DNA of 39,628 nucleotides from Solirubrobacteraceae bacterium (GTDB lineage: Bacteria > Actinomycetota > Thermoleophilia > Solirubrobacterales > Solirubrobacteraceae). The notes under the pieces are model-generated. The model was given only the letters and a program-made list of their open reading frames with translations, did not search any database and had not been told where the DNA came from. The DNA lies in contig JAEMTR010000002.1 of NCBI GenBank assembly GCA_016462245.1, forward strand, positions 1-39,628, read 5' to 3'. Shown in pieces: positions 1-8,628 of the stretch (within the stretch, counting starts at the first letter, position 1; the number at the start of each line of letters is the position of its first letter). The position numbers and the translations under genes are program-made.

Positions 1-1605
1 CCGCCGGCGAGCGCATTTGGAGGCAGCCCGGCGCCAGCGCCTCTGACCGCTGACCGCGCAGAGGCGATCGCCTCTGCGACCGACATCTTCATCGAGCAGC
101 GCCGCGCGCACCGCGGTGCATCGATCAGCGCGGTGCGCAAAGCGGCCGGCAGCTGGGAGGTCAGCCTCTTCAGCAAAGGCAAGGACCCAAAGCAGGTTGC
201 GCTGGCGAAGATCGCTGCGAACGGAACCGTGACCGAAGTTTGGGACGGCTTTCAGGTCGCCTGGTCGATGGCTCGCGGCTACCCCGGCGCCTTCGGCCGC
301 TCAGTCAACTCGCCTTGGATTTGGATCCCACTCTGCATCGCCTTCCTGCTTCCGTTCTTCGACTGGCGCAAGCCTTTTCGCTGGCTCCACTTCGATCTTC
401 TTGCGCTGCTCGGCTTTAGCGTTTCGCTGGCCTTCTTCAACGACGCAAAGCTCGCCGTCTCGGTGCCGATCAGCAGCGCCCTACTGGCCTGGCTGGTCGC
501 GCGGCTGCTCTTCATTGGGCTGCGCCCCGCCGCCCGCCCGCCGCCGCTGCGGCTGCTTATCCCTTGGCGCTGGCTAGCTGTGATCGGACTCTTCTTGATC
601 GGCTTTCGCGCCGGCCTGAACATTGTTGACGGGAATGTGATCGACGTTGGTTACGCCGGCGTGATCGGCGCCGATAAGTTCAGCCACGGTCGAGAGATCT
701 ACGGTTCGTTCCCGTTCGACAACGGCAGTGGAGATACCTACGGCCCGCTGCTCTACCTGCTTTACGTTCCGTTTGAATGGATCTGGCCCTGGCAAGGGAC
801 GTGGGACGACCTGCCCGCCGCTCACGCCGTCGCCGGTTTCGTTGACGTTGCCTGCACGGCGCTGCTGTTCCTGATCGGAAGGCGACTACGCGACAACGCG
901 CTCGGCGTCGTCCTCGCCTACGCCTGGCTGGCCTTTCCGTTCACCGTCTACGTCACCAACTCGGGTAGCAACGACGCTATTCCCGCGGCGCTCGTGCTGG
1001 CCGCGATCTGGCTCCACCGCCAGCCGATCGCGCGTGGCGCGTTCAGCGTCGCTGCCGGGCTGACGAAGTTCGCGCCGCTGGCGCTGCTGCCGCTCTTTGC
1101 TGGTGACGGGCTTTGGGATTCGACCCAGCCACGCTCGGCGCGGCTGAAGCGGCTGGCCGCTTACTGCCTGGGCGTGGTCTTGGTCGTCGTTGTTACGGCC
1201 GCGATCTTTGCGCCGACGACGAGCCTGAACGACTTCTGGGATCACACGCTCGGCTACCAATTCGGCCGCGAAGCGCCATTCTCGGTCTGGGGTTTCTACG
1301 GCGGTGGTTGGCAGACGGCGCAGAAGTTTGTTCAGGGCGCGACGGTTCTACTGGCGCTCGCCGCCTTTTTCATTCCGCGGCGGCGCAACATCATCACGCT
1401 TGCTGCGATCGCCGGCGCGATCATGGCGGCCGTGCAGCTCTCGGCGACCTACTGGTTCTACCTCTACCTCGCTTGGTTAATCCCGCTGGCGCTGATCGCC
1501 TTCCTCGGCCGCCCTGCTCTTACAGGGCTGCGCGAGGGCTGGCCGGAGCGGCCAGTAGGAGTTGCTCGATCGACTCCGCCCGCCGCGGGCCCTGGCAGCG
1601 GATGA
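1..1605 (+). CDS. Polytopic membrane protein, GT-C-type glycosyl/mannosyltransferase-like (DUF2029/PMT-like by pattern); probably truncated at the 5' window edge
   Basis: The ORF track gives 133..1605 with a GTG start. I read the same frame back to nt 1 without a stop, and the upstream translation (..AEAIASATDIFIEQRRAHRGASISAV..) looks protein-like. The protein has many hydrophobic helices and an early loop with acidic/aromatic residues (DVGYAGVIGADKF..DNGSGDTYGPLLY). The family call is pattern-level only. Confidence 0.6.
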   Translation, partial: PPASAFGGSPAPAPLTADRAEAIASATDIFIEQRRAHRGASISAVRKAAGSWEVSLFSKGKDPKQVALAKIAANGTVTEVWDGFQVAWSMARGYPGAFGRSVNSPWIWIPLCIAFLLPFFDWRKPFRWLHFDLLALLGFSVSLAFFNDAKLAVSVPISSALLAWLVARLLFIGLRPAARPPPLRLLIPWRWLAVIGLFLIGFRAGLNIVDGNVIDVGYAGVIGADKFSHGREIYGSFPFDNGSGDTYGPLLYLLYVPFEWIWPWQGTWDDLPAAHAVAGFVDVACTALLFLIGRRLRDNALGVVLAYAWLAFPFTVYVTNSGSNDAIPAALVLAAIWLHRQPIARGAFSVAAGLTKFAPLALLPLFAGDGLWDSTQPRSARLKRLAAYCLGVVLVVVVTAAIFAPTTSLNDFWDHTLGYQFGREAPFSVWGFYGGGWQTAQKFVQGATVLLALAAFFIPRRRNIITLAAIAGAIMAAVQLSATYWFYLYLAWLIPLALIAFLGRPALTGLREGWPERPVGVARSTPPAAGPGSG

Positions 1606-2335
1606 TCACTGCGTTTAGCCACGGGTCGTCGTCCGACGGCTCGAACTGAACGCGCATTCCTGAGACCAGCGAGCCAACAGCCTGCTCGCGCTTGACGCCG
1701 ATCACGCCACCGCGCGCGCCGGTCATTCCGACGTCGGTGATGAACGCCGTGCCACCGGGCAGCACGCGCGCGTCGGCGGTTGGGATGTGCGTGTGCGTGC
1801 CGACGACGGCGCTGACCTGCCCGTCGAGGTACCAACCGAGCGCGACCTTCTCACTCGTCGCTTCGGCGTGCATGTCGACGAGGATCTGGTCGGCGCCGCC
1901 CTTGATTAGCTCCTCGACGGCGCTGTCGGCGGCTTGAAAAGCAGGGTGGGCGGGGTCGAGGAAGAGATTGCCGGAAAGGTTTACGACGCCGAGCTTGACG
2001 CCGTCCTTCTCGACGATGCAGTGGCCGTGGCCGGGCTGCGAGCGCAGATAGTTGGCCGGGCGCAGAATCGGCTCGTGCTGATCGAGGTAGGGGAGAATCT
2101 CGGCGCGGCGGTAGGAGTGGTTACCGAGCGTGATTACGTCGACCCCGGCCTCGAACAGCTCATCGGCGATCTTCGGCGTGATTCCCAGCCCGCCGGCGAC
2201 GTTCTCGCCGTTGACGACGAGGAATGTTGGCTCGTAGCGCTCGCGGATTGCAGGCAGCAGCGAGAGCAGCGTGCGCCGTCCGCAGCTGCCGACGAGGTCG
2301 CCAACGAAGCAGATTGTTGCTTGATCTGAAGCCAT
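1520..2335 (-). CDS. ymdB: YmdB-family metallophosphoesterase (2',3'-cyclic-nucleotide phosphodiesterase-like)
   Basis: 271 aa. The N-terminus ICFVGDLVGSCGRR..VVNGENVAGGLGIT..LGNH carries calcineurin-like metallophosphoesterase motifs in the YmdB order. HTHIPTAD and VGMTG lie further downstream. Confidence 0.8.
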   Translation of the reverse strand: MASDQATICFVGDLVGSCGRRTLLSLLPAIRERYEPTFLVVNGENVAGGLGITPKIADELFEAGVDVITLGNHSYRRAEILPYLDQHEPILRPANYLRSQPGHGHCIVEKDGVKLGVVNLSGNLFLDPAHPAFQAADSAVEELIKGGADQILVDMHAEATSEKVALGWYLDGQVSAVVGTHTHIPTADARVLPGGTAFITDVGMTGARGGVIGVKREQAVGSLVSGMRVQFEPSDDDPWLNAVIIRCQGPRRAESIEQLLLAAPASPRAAL

Positions 2336-2398
2336 CAGGGCAGACTTTCGCAGCTTCGCTCCCGCCCGGTGAGAGCGCCGTCCCTACCATTGGCAGCG

Positions 2399-3379
2399 AT
2401 GGCCTTTCCGCTGACCCGAATGCGCCGCCTGCGCCGAACCCCGGCGCTGCGCGAGCTGGTGCGCGAGACGCGCCTCGATGCCGGCGATCTAGTGCTGCCG
2501 ATCTTCGTCGAAGCAGCGCTCGACACGCCGCAGCCGATCGAGGCAATGCCTGGCGTCAGCCGCCAGCCGGTCAGCGGCGCGCTCTCCGAGGCGGCAGAGT
2601 GCCTCGCGCTTGGAATTCCCGCGATGCTCTTCTTTGGCATTCCGGCTGAAAAGGACGCCGAAGGCTCCGGTGCTTGGGACCCTGAGGGCGGAGTGCAACA
2701 GGCGATTAGCGCGATCAAGGCCGCCCACCCCGATCTGGTTCTGATCGCCGACTGCTGCCTCTGCGAGTACACCGACCACGGCCACTGCGGCCCGCTCAAC
2801 GGTTCGCGCGAGGTCGATAACGACGCTGCTCTGGAGCTGCTGGCTAGGACCGCGGTCAGCCAAGCCGCCGCCGGCGCCGACGTGATCGCCCCGAGCGACA
2901 TGATGGATGGTCGCGTTGGCTTCATCCGCGCGGCGCTCGACGAGGCCGGTTACGAAGACGTTGCGATTCTCGCCTACAGCGCCAAGTTCGCCTCCGCTTT
3001 TTATGGACCGTTCCGTGAGGCGGCCGACGGTGCGCCAGCTTTTGGCGACCGTCGTGGCTATCAGATGGATCCGGCCAATCTGCGCGAGGCCGTCCGCGAA
3101 GCGCAGCTCGACCTTGAAGAAGGCGCCGACGCGCTGATGGTCAAGCCAGCAATTCCCTACCTCGACGTGATTCGGCGCGTTGCCGATGAAACGGGAGCGC
3201 CGCTAGCTGCGTACAACGTGAGCGGCGAGTATGCGATGGTAAAAGCGGCGGCCGCAGTTGGAGCACTCGATGAGCAGAGTGCTGTTCTTGAGCTCCTAAC
3301 TTCGATCCGCCGCGCCGGAGCAGATTTCGTCATCACCTACCACGCGAAGGATGCAGCCCGATGGCTTCAAAAGACGTAA
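2399..3379 (+). CDS. hemB: Porphobilinogen synthase (delta-aminolevulinate dehydratase), Zn-type
   Basis: Typical N-terminus MAFPLTRMRRLRRTPALRELVRETRL. Cys-rich Zn site DCCLCEYTDHGHCG. Conserved MVKPA and YNVSGEYAM segments. I prefer ATG 2399 over the track GTG 2369 because of N-terminal conservation. Confidence 0.93.
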   Translation: MAFPLTRMRRLRRTPALRELVRETRLDAGDLVLPIFVEAALDTPQPIEAMPGVSRQPVSGALSEAAECLALGIPAMLFFGIPAEKDAEGSGAWDPEGGVQQAISAIKAAHPDLVLIADCCLCEYTDHGHCGPLNGSREVDNDAALELLARTAVSQAAAGADVIAPSDMMDGRVGFIRAALDEAGYEDVAILAYSAKFASAFYGPFREAADGAPAFGDRRGYQMDPANLREAVREAQLDLEEGADALMVKPAIPYLDVIRRVADETGAPLAAYNVSGEYAMVKAAAAVGALDEQSAVLELLTSIRRAGADFVITYHAKDAARWLQKT

Positions 3380-4449
3380 CAGCAACGCCAAAGATTCGCA
3401 GCCGCAAAGACGGCGCAGCCGTCAAGCTGAGCGATCTTGATCGCAAGCTGCTCGACCTGATGCAAGGCTCGTTCCCGATCGCAGCGCGCCCTTACGAGGC
3501 CGTTGCGCTTGAGGCAGGAATCACTGAGGACGAGGTCTTGGTCAGCATCGAGCGACTGCTGAAAGACCGCATCATCCGGCAGGTCACGCCGATCTATGAC
3601 ACGCGCGCACTCGGCTATGGATCGATGCTCGTCGCCGCGAAGGTTGATCCGGAGCATCCGTGGCGCGCCGCGAAGATCGTCAACTCACACCCCGGCGTCT
3701 CGCACAACTACCTGCGCAATCACGACTTCAACATGTGGTTCACGTTGGCCGTTGAAGAGGATTCACAGCTTGGGCTGCAGGGAACGCTCGACGTGCTGCA
3801 GGATCTGACCGGCGCCGAGTCGATCCGCCAGCTGCCAACGCTGAAGCTGTTCAAGATCCGGATGGACCTCGAGATGAGCGGCGACACCGACACGCTCGCC
3901 AAGCGAGGAGTGGCCGAAGAGCCGGTTGATCTTGAGGCGCAGGATTACGACGACTTTGACCGCGCCGTTATCCGCGCAACGCAAGGCAGCCTGCCGGTTG
4001 TCAGCGAGCCATGGGTTGGCGCCGCGCAGGAGCTTGGGATCAGCGTTGACGAGCTGCTCGCGCATCTCGAAGCGATGAAGGAGCGCGGGCTGCTGCGCCG
4101 CGTCGCTGGAATCCTTTACCACCGCCGCGCCGGCTTCTCAGCCAACGGGATGGGCGTCTGGAAGGTTCCGGCTGACAAGATCGCCGAGATCGGCCCGCAG
4201 ATGGCGGCTTACCGGGGCGTCTCTCACTGCTATGAGCGGCCAACTTACGCCGACTGGCCCTACCAGATTTTCACTATGGCCCACGGGCGCTCGAAGGAAG
4301 AATGCGACGCGATCCTTGACGCGATCGCAGCTGAGTTTCCGATCGAAGAGCGAGCAACGCTCTACTCAAGCACCGAGTTTAAGAAGATTCGCCTGCTCTA
4401 CTTCACCGATGATTTCCGCGATTGGGAGCGGGAGTACGGTGGCGTCTAG
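3361..4449 (+). CDS. Fused siroheme decarboxylase-like protein (AhbA/AhbB, NirD/NirL/NirG/NirH family; two AsnC-type HTH plus decarboxylase halves)
   Basis: 362 aa with two tandem halves. Each half has an HTH-like start (LDRKLLDLMQGSFPIAARPYEAVA; FDRAVIRATQGSLPVVSEPWVGAA). Each half also has the family signature (GVSHNYLRNHDFNMWFTLAV; GVSHCYERPTYADWPYQIFTMAHG). It overlaps the hemB stop by 19 nt. Confidence 0.8.
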   Translation: MASKDVTATPKIRSRKDGAAVKLSDLDRKLLDLMQGSFPIAARPYEAVALEAGITEDEVLVSIERLLKDRIIRQVTPIYDTRALGYGSMLVAAKVDPEHPWRAAKIVNSHPGVSHNYLRNHDFNMWFTLAVEEDSQLGLQGTLDVLQDLTGAESIRQLPTLKLFKIRMDLEMSGDTDTLAKRGVAEEPVDLEAQDYDDFDRAVIRATQGSLPVVSEPWVGAAQELGISVDELLAHLEAMKERGLLRRVAGILYHRRAGFSANGMGVWKVPADKIAEIGPQMAAYRGVSHCYERPTYADWPYQIFTMAHGRSKEECDAILDAIAAEFPIEERATLYSSTEFKKIRLLYFTDDFRDWEREYGGV

Positions 4450-5738
4450 TGAGCGTTTCGCTGCGCGACACGCGCTCCGCTGAGCTTTACGCGCGGGCGC
4501 TTCAGTACCTGCCGGGGGGCGTCAATTCTCCCGTCCGCGCGATGCGCTCGATCGGCCGCGACCCGATCTTCATTGAGCGCGGCGAGGGCGCCGAGCTGAC
4601 CGACGTAGACGGCAACACCTACATCGATTACGTCTGCTCTTGGGGGCCGCTGATCCTTGGCCACGCCGACCCTGAGGTAATCGCTGCGATCACCGAGGCT
4701 GCCGCGGCCGGCACCACCTACGGCGCGCCGACAGCAGGAGAGGTAGAGATAGCTGAAGAGGTGTCGCGACGATTCCCCAGCATCGAGATGCTGCGGATGA
4801 CCAGCTCCGGTACCGAAGCGGCGATGAGCGCAATCCGTTTAGCGCGCGCCGCGACCGGCCGCGAGAAGCTGCTCAAGTTTGCTGGCGCCTACCACGGCCA
4901 CCTCGACGGGCTACTGGCCGAGGCTGGCAGCGGCCTAGCGACGGCCGCGATTCCGAGCAGTCCGGGGGTCCCCAGCGCGGCAACGGCGGCGACTGTGATC
5001 GTTCCTTGGAACGACCCGCAGGCGCTGATCGAGGCAACCGAGCAGCACGAGTTCGCCGCGATCCTCGCCGAGCCCTACCCAGCCAACATGGGGCTCGTGC
5101 CTCCGGCCGACGGGTTCCTTGAGCTGCTGCGCGAGCGCGCGACGGCGACCGGCGCGCTACTTGTCTTCGATGAGGTGATCAGCGGCTTCCGAGTCGCCTC
5201 CGGTGGAGCGCAGGAGCTGACCGGAGTGATTCCCGACCTGACCGCCCTCGGCAAGATCTTCGGTGGCGGGCTCCCCGCCGCCGCCTACGGTGGATCGCGC
5301 CAGCTGATGGAGATGATCGCCCCAGCCGGCGACGTCTACCAAGCGGGAACTCTGAGCGGAAATCCGCTCGCCGTCGCTGCCGGACTGACGACGCTGCGGC
5401 GCCTTGACGACGCCGCCTACATTCGTCTTCAAGCGACGACCGAGGCGCTGGCATCCGGCATCCGGGAGGCCGCTGGAGAAGCTGGCGTGCCTGTCGATGT
5501 CGTCCACACGACCGGGCTTTTCACAGTCTTCTTCAGCGAGCACCCTGTCGTTGATTACGCCTCAGCGCAGCGCTGCGATCTTGAGCTCTACGGCAGCTGG
5601 TGTCGTGCACTCTTGGCCCGTGGCGTCTATCCGCCGCCATCTCAGTTTGAAACCTGGTTCCCGTCGCTTGCGCACACGCCTGCGCAGGTCGAGCAGACGA
5701 TCGAGATCGCCGCCGCCGCCTTCGCGGAGATTGCGTGA
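4449..5738 (+). CDS. hemL: Glutamate-1-semialdehyde 2,1-aminomutase
   Basis: LPGGVNSPVRA near the N-terminus and class III aminotransferase architecture, with the PLP-Lys context (LGKIFGGGLP). I prefer GTG 4449, which overlaps the upstream TAG by 1 nt, over track ATG 4422. Confidence 0.93.
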   Translation: MSVSLRDTRSAELYARALQYLPGGVNSPVRAMRSIGRDPIFIERGEGAELTDVDGNTYIDYVCSWGPLILGHADPEVIAAITEAAAAGTTYGAPTAGEVEIAEEVSRRFPSIEMLRMTSSGTEAAMSAIRLARAATGREKLLKFAGAYHGHLDGLLAEAGSGLATAAIPSSPGVPSAATAATVIVPWNDPQALIEATEQHEFAAILAEPYPANMGLVPPADGFLELLRERATATGALLVFDEVISGFRVASGGAQELTGVIPDLTALGKIFGGGLPAAAYGGSRQLMEMIAPAGDVYQAGTLSGNPLAVAAGLTTLRRLDDAAYIRLQATTEALASGIREAAGEAGVPVDVVHTTGLFTVFFSEHPVVDYASAQRCDLELYGSWCRALLARGVYPPPSQFETWFPSLAHTPAQVEQTIEIAAAAFAEIA

Positions 5739-6289
5739 GTAGCGAGCAGACGAGGATCGCGCTGGCCAGCGTGGCCGAGCAGCTGGGCGAGGACGGCGGA
5801 CTTTTGGCTGAGGTTCTGATCACCAACGGTGAGCTCCTGCTCGGCGAAGATGATCCAGCTCTAGGCGCGCTCGCCGCCGCCGGCCCGCGGTCGGTCGATC
5901 GCGAAGCCCAGATCGCCGTCGTCGTCGAGGCTGTCTACGAGGGCTTTTTGCTCCACGGCGGCAGTTCGCGGATCCTTCGCACCGACGACGCCGACCTCAA
6001 CATCCTCGCTGGCGACCGTCTCTACGCCTTTGGTCTAGCGCAGCTGGCCGAACTTGGCGACCTTGATTCGGTTCGTGAATTAGCTGATGTGATCGCGATC
6101 TGTGCTCAAGCTCGGGCGCTAGAAGACGACGCTTTGGCGACCGCAGCTTGGCAGCTTGGCGCCAGTGCGATTGGTTGGGGTTCATCGCCGCAAAGCGCCG
6201 CCGCTAAAGCGGCTGTCGCGGCCGACCCTGCTGCCGCTGCGGCTGGGCTGGCAGTTGCTGCGCGCCAGCTCCGCGCCGACCTGGCATAA
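5735..6289 (+). CDS. Hypothetical protein with a degenerate prenyl-diphosphate-synthase-like segment
   Basis: 184 aa. The GTG start overlaps the hemL stop (GTGA). Coding-like G/C at third codon positions. The segment VVEAVYEGFLLHGGSSRIL..NILAGDRLYAFG resembles the first Asp-rich-motif region of trans-prenyl synthases, but DDxxD is replaced by GGSSR. Confidence 0.55.
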   Translation: MSSEQTRIALASVAEQLGEDGGLLAEVLITNGELLLGEDDPALGALAAAGPRSVDREAQIAVVVEAVYEGFLLHGGSSRILRTDDADLNILAGDRLYAFGLAQLAELGDLDSVRELADVIAICAQARALEDDALATAAWQLGASAIGWGSSPQSAAAKAAVAADPAAAAAGLAVAARQLRADLA

Positions 6290-6388
6290 GAGCGCTGGTT
6301 ACAGAGGCTTTCAGGCGGCCGTCGCCGTACTATTGATCGACAGTAATCTTTAGGATGGTGCGCGATCACAATCTGCGCTCTAGCAACC

Positions 6389-7063
6389 ATGGCCGATCAA
6401 AAACAACCCAAGAGCAAGTACACCCTAGACCGCAAGATCCCCGGCGCCTTCGAGGGGGAGACGGTCACGCGCCGCCGCGCGATGGTCGTTGCCGGCCAAG
6501 CCGCCGGTGGCGTAGCCGCAGCTGCCTTTATCTTGCCGACGCTTGGCTTCGCGATGGGGCCGATCTTCGAGAAGCAAGACCAGCCTTGGCAGTCGGTTGG
6601 CAAGATCGACGAGTTCAACGATGAGAGCTACGTGCCGCGCACGATCACGCTGGTCGAAGGAATCGGTGACGCCGGTAAGTCAACGGTTTACATTCGCAAG
6701 TACAACCCCGCGCTCGATACCGAGCCGCGCGATGAATACAACAAGTACATCGCGATTTCGACGCTCTGCATGCACCTCGGTTGCCCCGTTCGTTTCACCG
6801 CTGCCGCCCAGCGCTTCATCTGCCCCTGCCATGGTGGCGTTTATGACATCGTCGGCAAGGTCTCCGGCGGCCCGCCGGTGCGCCCGCTCGACCGCTTCTA
6901 CACGCAGCTTGAGGGCGACGCCGTCGTGATTGGGCCGCGCTTTTCAGTCAACAGCGAACTTCGCCGCTTCTCGCCGCGTGACCCAGGTGAGCCGCTCGAT
7001 GGCGTCGGCCAATACCTCTACCCATCCCGTCCATCGATGCGGAAGATTAAGGGGACGAGTTAA
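6389..7063 (+). CDS. qcrA: Rieske [2Fe-2S] subunit of menaquinol:cytochrome c reductase (b6c type)
   Basis: Rieske boxes CMHLGCPV and CPCHGGVY. N-terminal twin-arginine motif (VTRRRAMVVAGQAAGG) followed by a hydrophobic helix. Confidence 0.9.
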   Translation: MADQKQPKSKYTLDRKIPGAFEGETVTRRRAMVVAGQAAGGVAAAAFILPTLGFAMGPIFEKQDQPWQSVGKIDEFNDESYVPRTITLVEGIGDAGKSTVYIRKYNPALDTEPRDEYNKYIAISTLCMHLGCPVRFTAAAQRFICPCHGGVYDIVGKVSGGPPVRPLDRFYTQLEGDAVVIGPRFSVNSELRRFSPRDPGEPLDGVGQYLYPSRPSMRKIKGTS

Positions 7064-7066
7064 GCG

Positions 7067-7876
7067 ATGGCCAAACTGAAACTTCCTGCCGCCCCCAGCA
7101 ACCCGCTCTCATCGCCGAAACGCCCCGGCAAGGATTACGGCCCCAGCGGCGGGCTAGGCCACGCTGGAGAGGCCGGCGCATCAGCGGTCGACTGGATCGA
7201 TGAGCGCACCTCGCTCTCAGGCGGATTGCGCTGGGCGATGTTCCGCAAGGTGCCCAAGGGCACTAACTGGTTCTACACACTCGGCTCTTCGACGATGTTC
7301 GCCTTTCTCTCGCAGGCTGTTACGGGTGTCTTCTTGGCGATGTACTACGACCCTTCGGCGACCCGCGCCTACGCGTCGATTCAGTACATCAATAACGAAG
7401 TCTTCCTCGGCGAGTTCGTCCACGGTATGCATCGCTGGGGCTCGTCGGTGATGGTGATTCTGATCTTCCTGCACATGGCTCGCACCTTCTTCTTCGGGGC
7501 CTACAAGTACCCGCGTGAGTTGAACTGGGTAATCGGCGTCGCGCTGCTGGTGATGACGATGACAATGTCTTTCAGCGGCTATCTGCTGCCGTTTGATCAG
7601 CGCTCCTACTGGGCCACGATCGTCGGCGTCAACATCAATGGCACCGGCCCGCTGGTCGGCCCATACCTCTCCGAGTTCCTCCGCGCCGGCCCCTACTTCG
7701 GCGCGACGACGCTCTCGCGCTTCTACGCGATCCACATGCTGATGGTTCCTGGCGCAATCGCCGCGCTGATGGGCTTCCACCTTTACCTCGTAGCCAAGCT
7801 CGGCACGACGGCGCCGCCGTGGGTTAAGGCCAAGCCATCTGAGGAACTGAGCGAAGAGAAGGTCACGGTCGGCTAA
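7067..7876 (+). CDS. qcrB: Cytochrome b6-like subunit (four-helix N-terminal cytochrome b)
   Basis: Heme-ligand His pairs in helices (HRWGSSVMVILIFLHMARTFFFGAY; FYAIHMLMVPGAIAALMGFHLY). It starts 3 nt after qcrA. Confidence 0.9.
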   Translation: MAKLKLPAAPSNPLSSPKRPGKDYGPSGGLGHAGEAGASAVDWIDERTSLSGGLRWAMFRKVPKGTNWFYTLGSSTMFAFLSQAVTGVFLAMYYDPSATRAYASIQYINNEVFLGEFVHGMHRWGSSVMVILIFLHMARTFFFGAYKYPRELNWVIGVALLVMTMTMSFSGYLLPFDQRSYWATIVGVNINGTGPLVGPYLSEFLRAGPYFGATTLSRFYAIHMLMVPGAIAALMGFHLYLVAKLGTTAPPWVKAKPSEELSEEKVTVG

Positions 7877-8619
7877 TGAACAAGAAGCAAAAAGAACAGT
7901 ATTTGCGCGATTACGGCACGCTGAAGAGCCAAGGCAAGCCATTCTTCCCTTACGCCGTCGCCAAGGACAGTGCGATGGCGGTCGTCGTAATGGCAGTAAT
8001 CGTTGCGATGGCGATCGTGCTCGGCGCCGAGCTAGGCCCCAAGGCCGATCCAACATCGACCACTTACACACCGCGTCCAGAGTGGTACTTCTTCTTCCTC
8101 TTTGAGCTACTGAAGGTCATTAAGGCGCCGGCACTTGTGCCGCTGGCAACAATCGGTGTGCCGACAATCTGCCTGATCTTGCTCTTTCTGCTGCCGTTCT
8201 ATGACCGTGGCGCGGAGCGCCGGCCAGAGCGCCGTCCAATCGCGACGACGGCCGGCATCTTCGTTGTCTGCGCGATGGGTTACCTGACTTACCTCGGCGC
8301 TTCGGCCGGCCCGCCGACGCAGATCGACATTCCGATCCCGACCAACATTGCTTCGCAGGGCCCCGAAGCTGTCACCAACTTCAAGGCCGGTAGCCAAGTC
8401 GTCGCCCAGTCGGGTTGTGCCGCCTGCCACCAGTTTGGCGAGAATGGGAACTCGGGGCCAGGGCCTGCGCTGACGAAGATCGGCGCCCGCTTGCCAGCTC
8501 AGGCAATCCAGCGAACGTTGCTCAATCCATCGGCACCGATGCCTTCCTTCTCAGCGCTTAGCGAGGAGTCACCGGAGCAGTTTGCCCAGATGGTCGGCTT
8601 CCTCGCTGCGCTGAAGTAG
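7876..8619 (+). CDS. qcrC: Subunit IV-like domain (C-terminal cytochrome b) fused to a mono-heme cytochrome c
   Basis: PEWYFFFLFELLK motif and three helices, followed by the heme c site CAACH and a distal Met (NPSAPMPSF). The ATG overlaps the qcrB TAA by 1 nt. The architecture matches Bacillus QcrC. Confidence 0.88.
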   Translation: MNKKQKEQYLRDYGTLKSQGKPFFPYAVAKDSAMAVVVMAVIVAMAIVLGAELGPKADPTSTTYTPRPEWYFFFLFELLKVIKAPALVPLATIGVPTICLILLFLLPFYDRGAERRPERRPIATTAGIFVVCAMGYLTYLGASAGPPTQIDIPIPTNIASQGPEAVTNFKAGSQVVAQSGCAACHQFGENGNSGPGPALTKIGARLPAQAIQRTLLNPSAPMPSFSALSEESPEQFAQMVGFLAALK

Positions 8620-8628
8620 CGAGCGACT

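Noticed and set aside
4422-4448. Track start sites for hemL (4422), hemB (2369), ssb (22867), pyrE (35584), the HAD hydrolase (32948), the binding protein (37604) and the permease (36348).
   Set aside because: These longest-ORF starts add non-conserved, often overlapping N-terminal extensions. Downstream starts give canonical N-termini, SD sequences or signal peptides.
6333-6356. TTGATC and TAGGAT hexamers upstream of qcrA as a sigma-70-type promoter.
   Set aside because: The spacer is only 12 nt, whereas 16-19 nt is expected. The region is relatively AT-rich and probably holds a promoter, but I cannot place the -35 and -10 elements with confidence.
7217-8071. 284-aa minus-strand ORF antisense to qcrB/qcrC. 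Similar long antisense or out-of-frame ORFs occur at 2335..2925, 25461..26138, 25958..26884, 28319..29098, 30748..31365, 33041..33577, 35772..36155 and 38659..39291.
   Set aside because: They are Arg/Ala/Pro/Ser-rich, lack recognisable motifs, and lie opposite or out of frame to genes with clear family signatures. They look like the stop-codon-poor alternative frames expected in GC-rich DNA.
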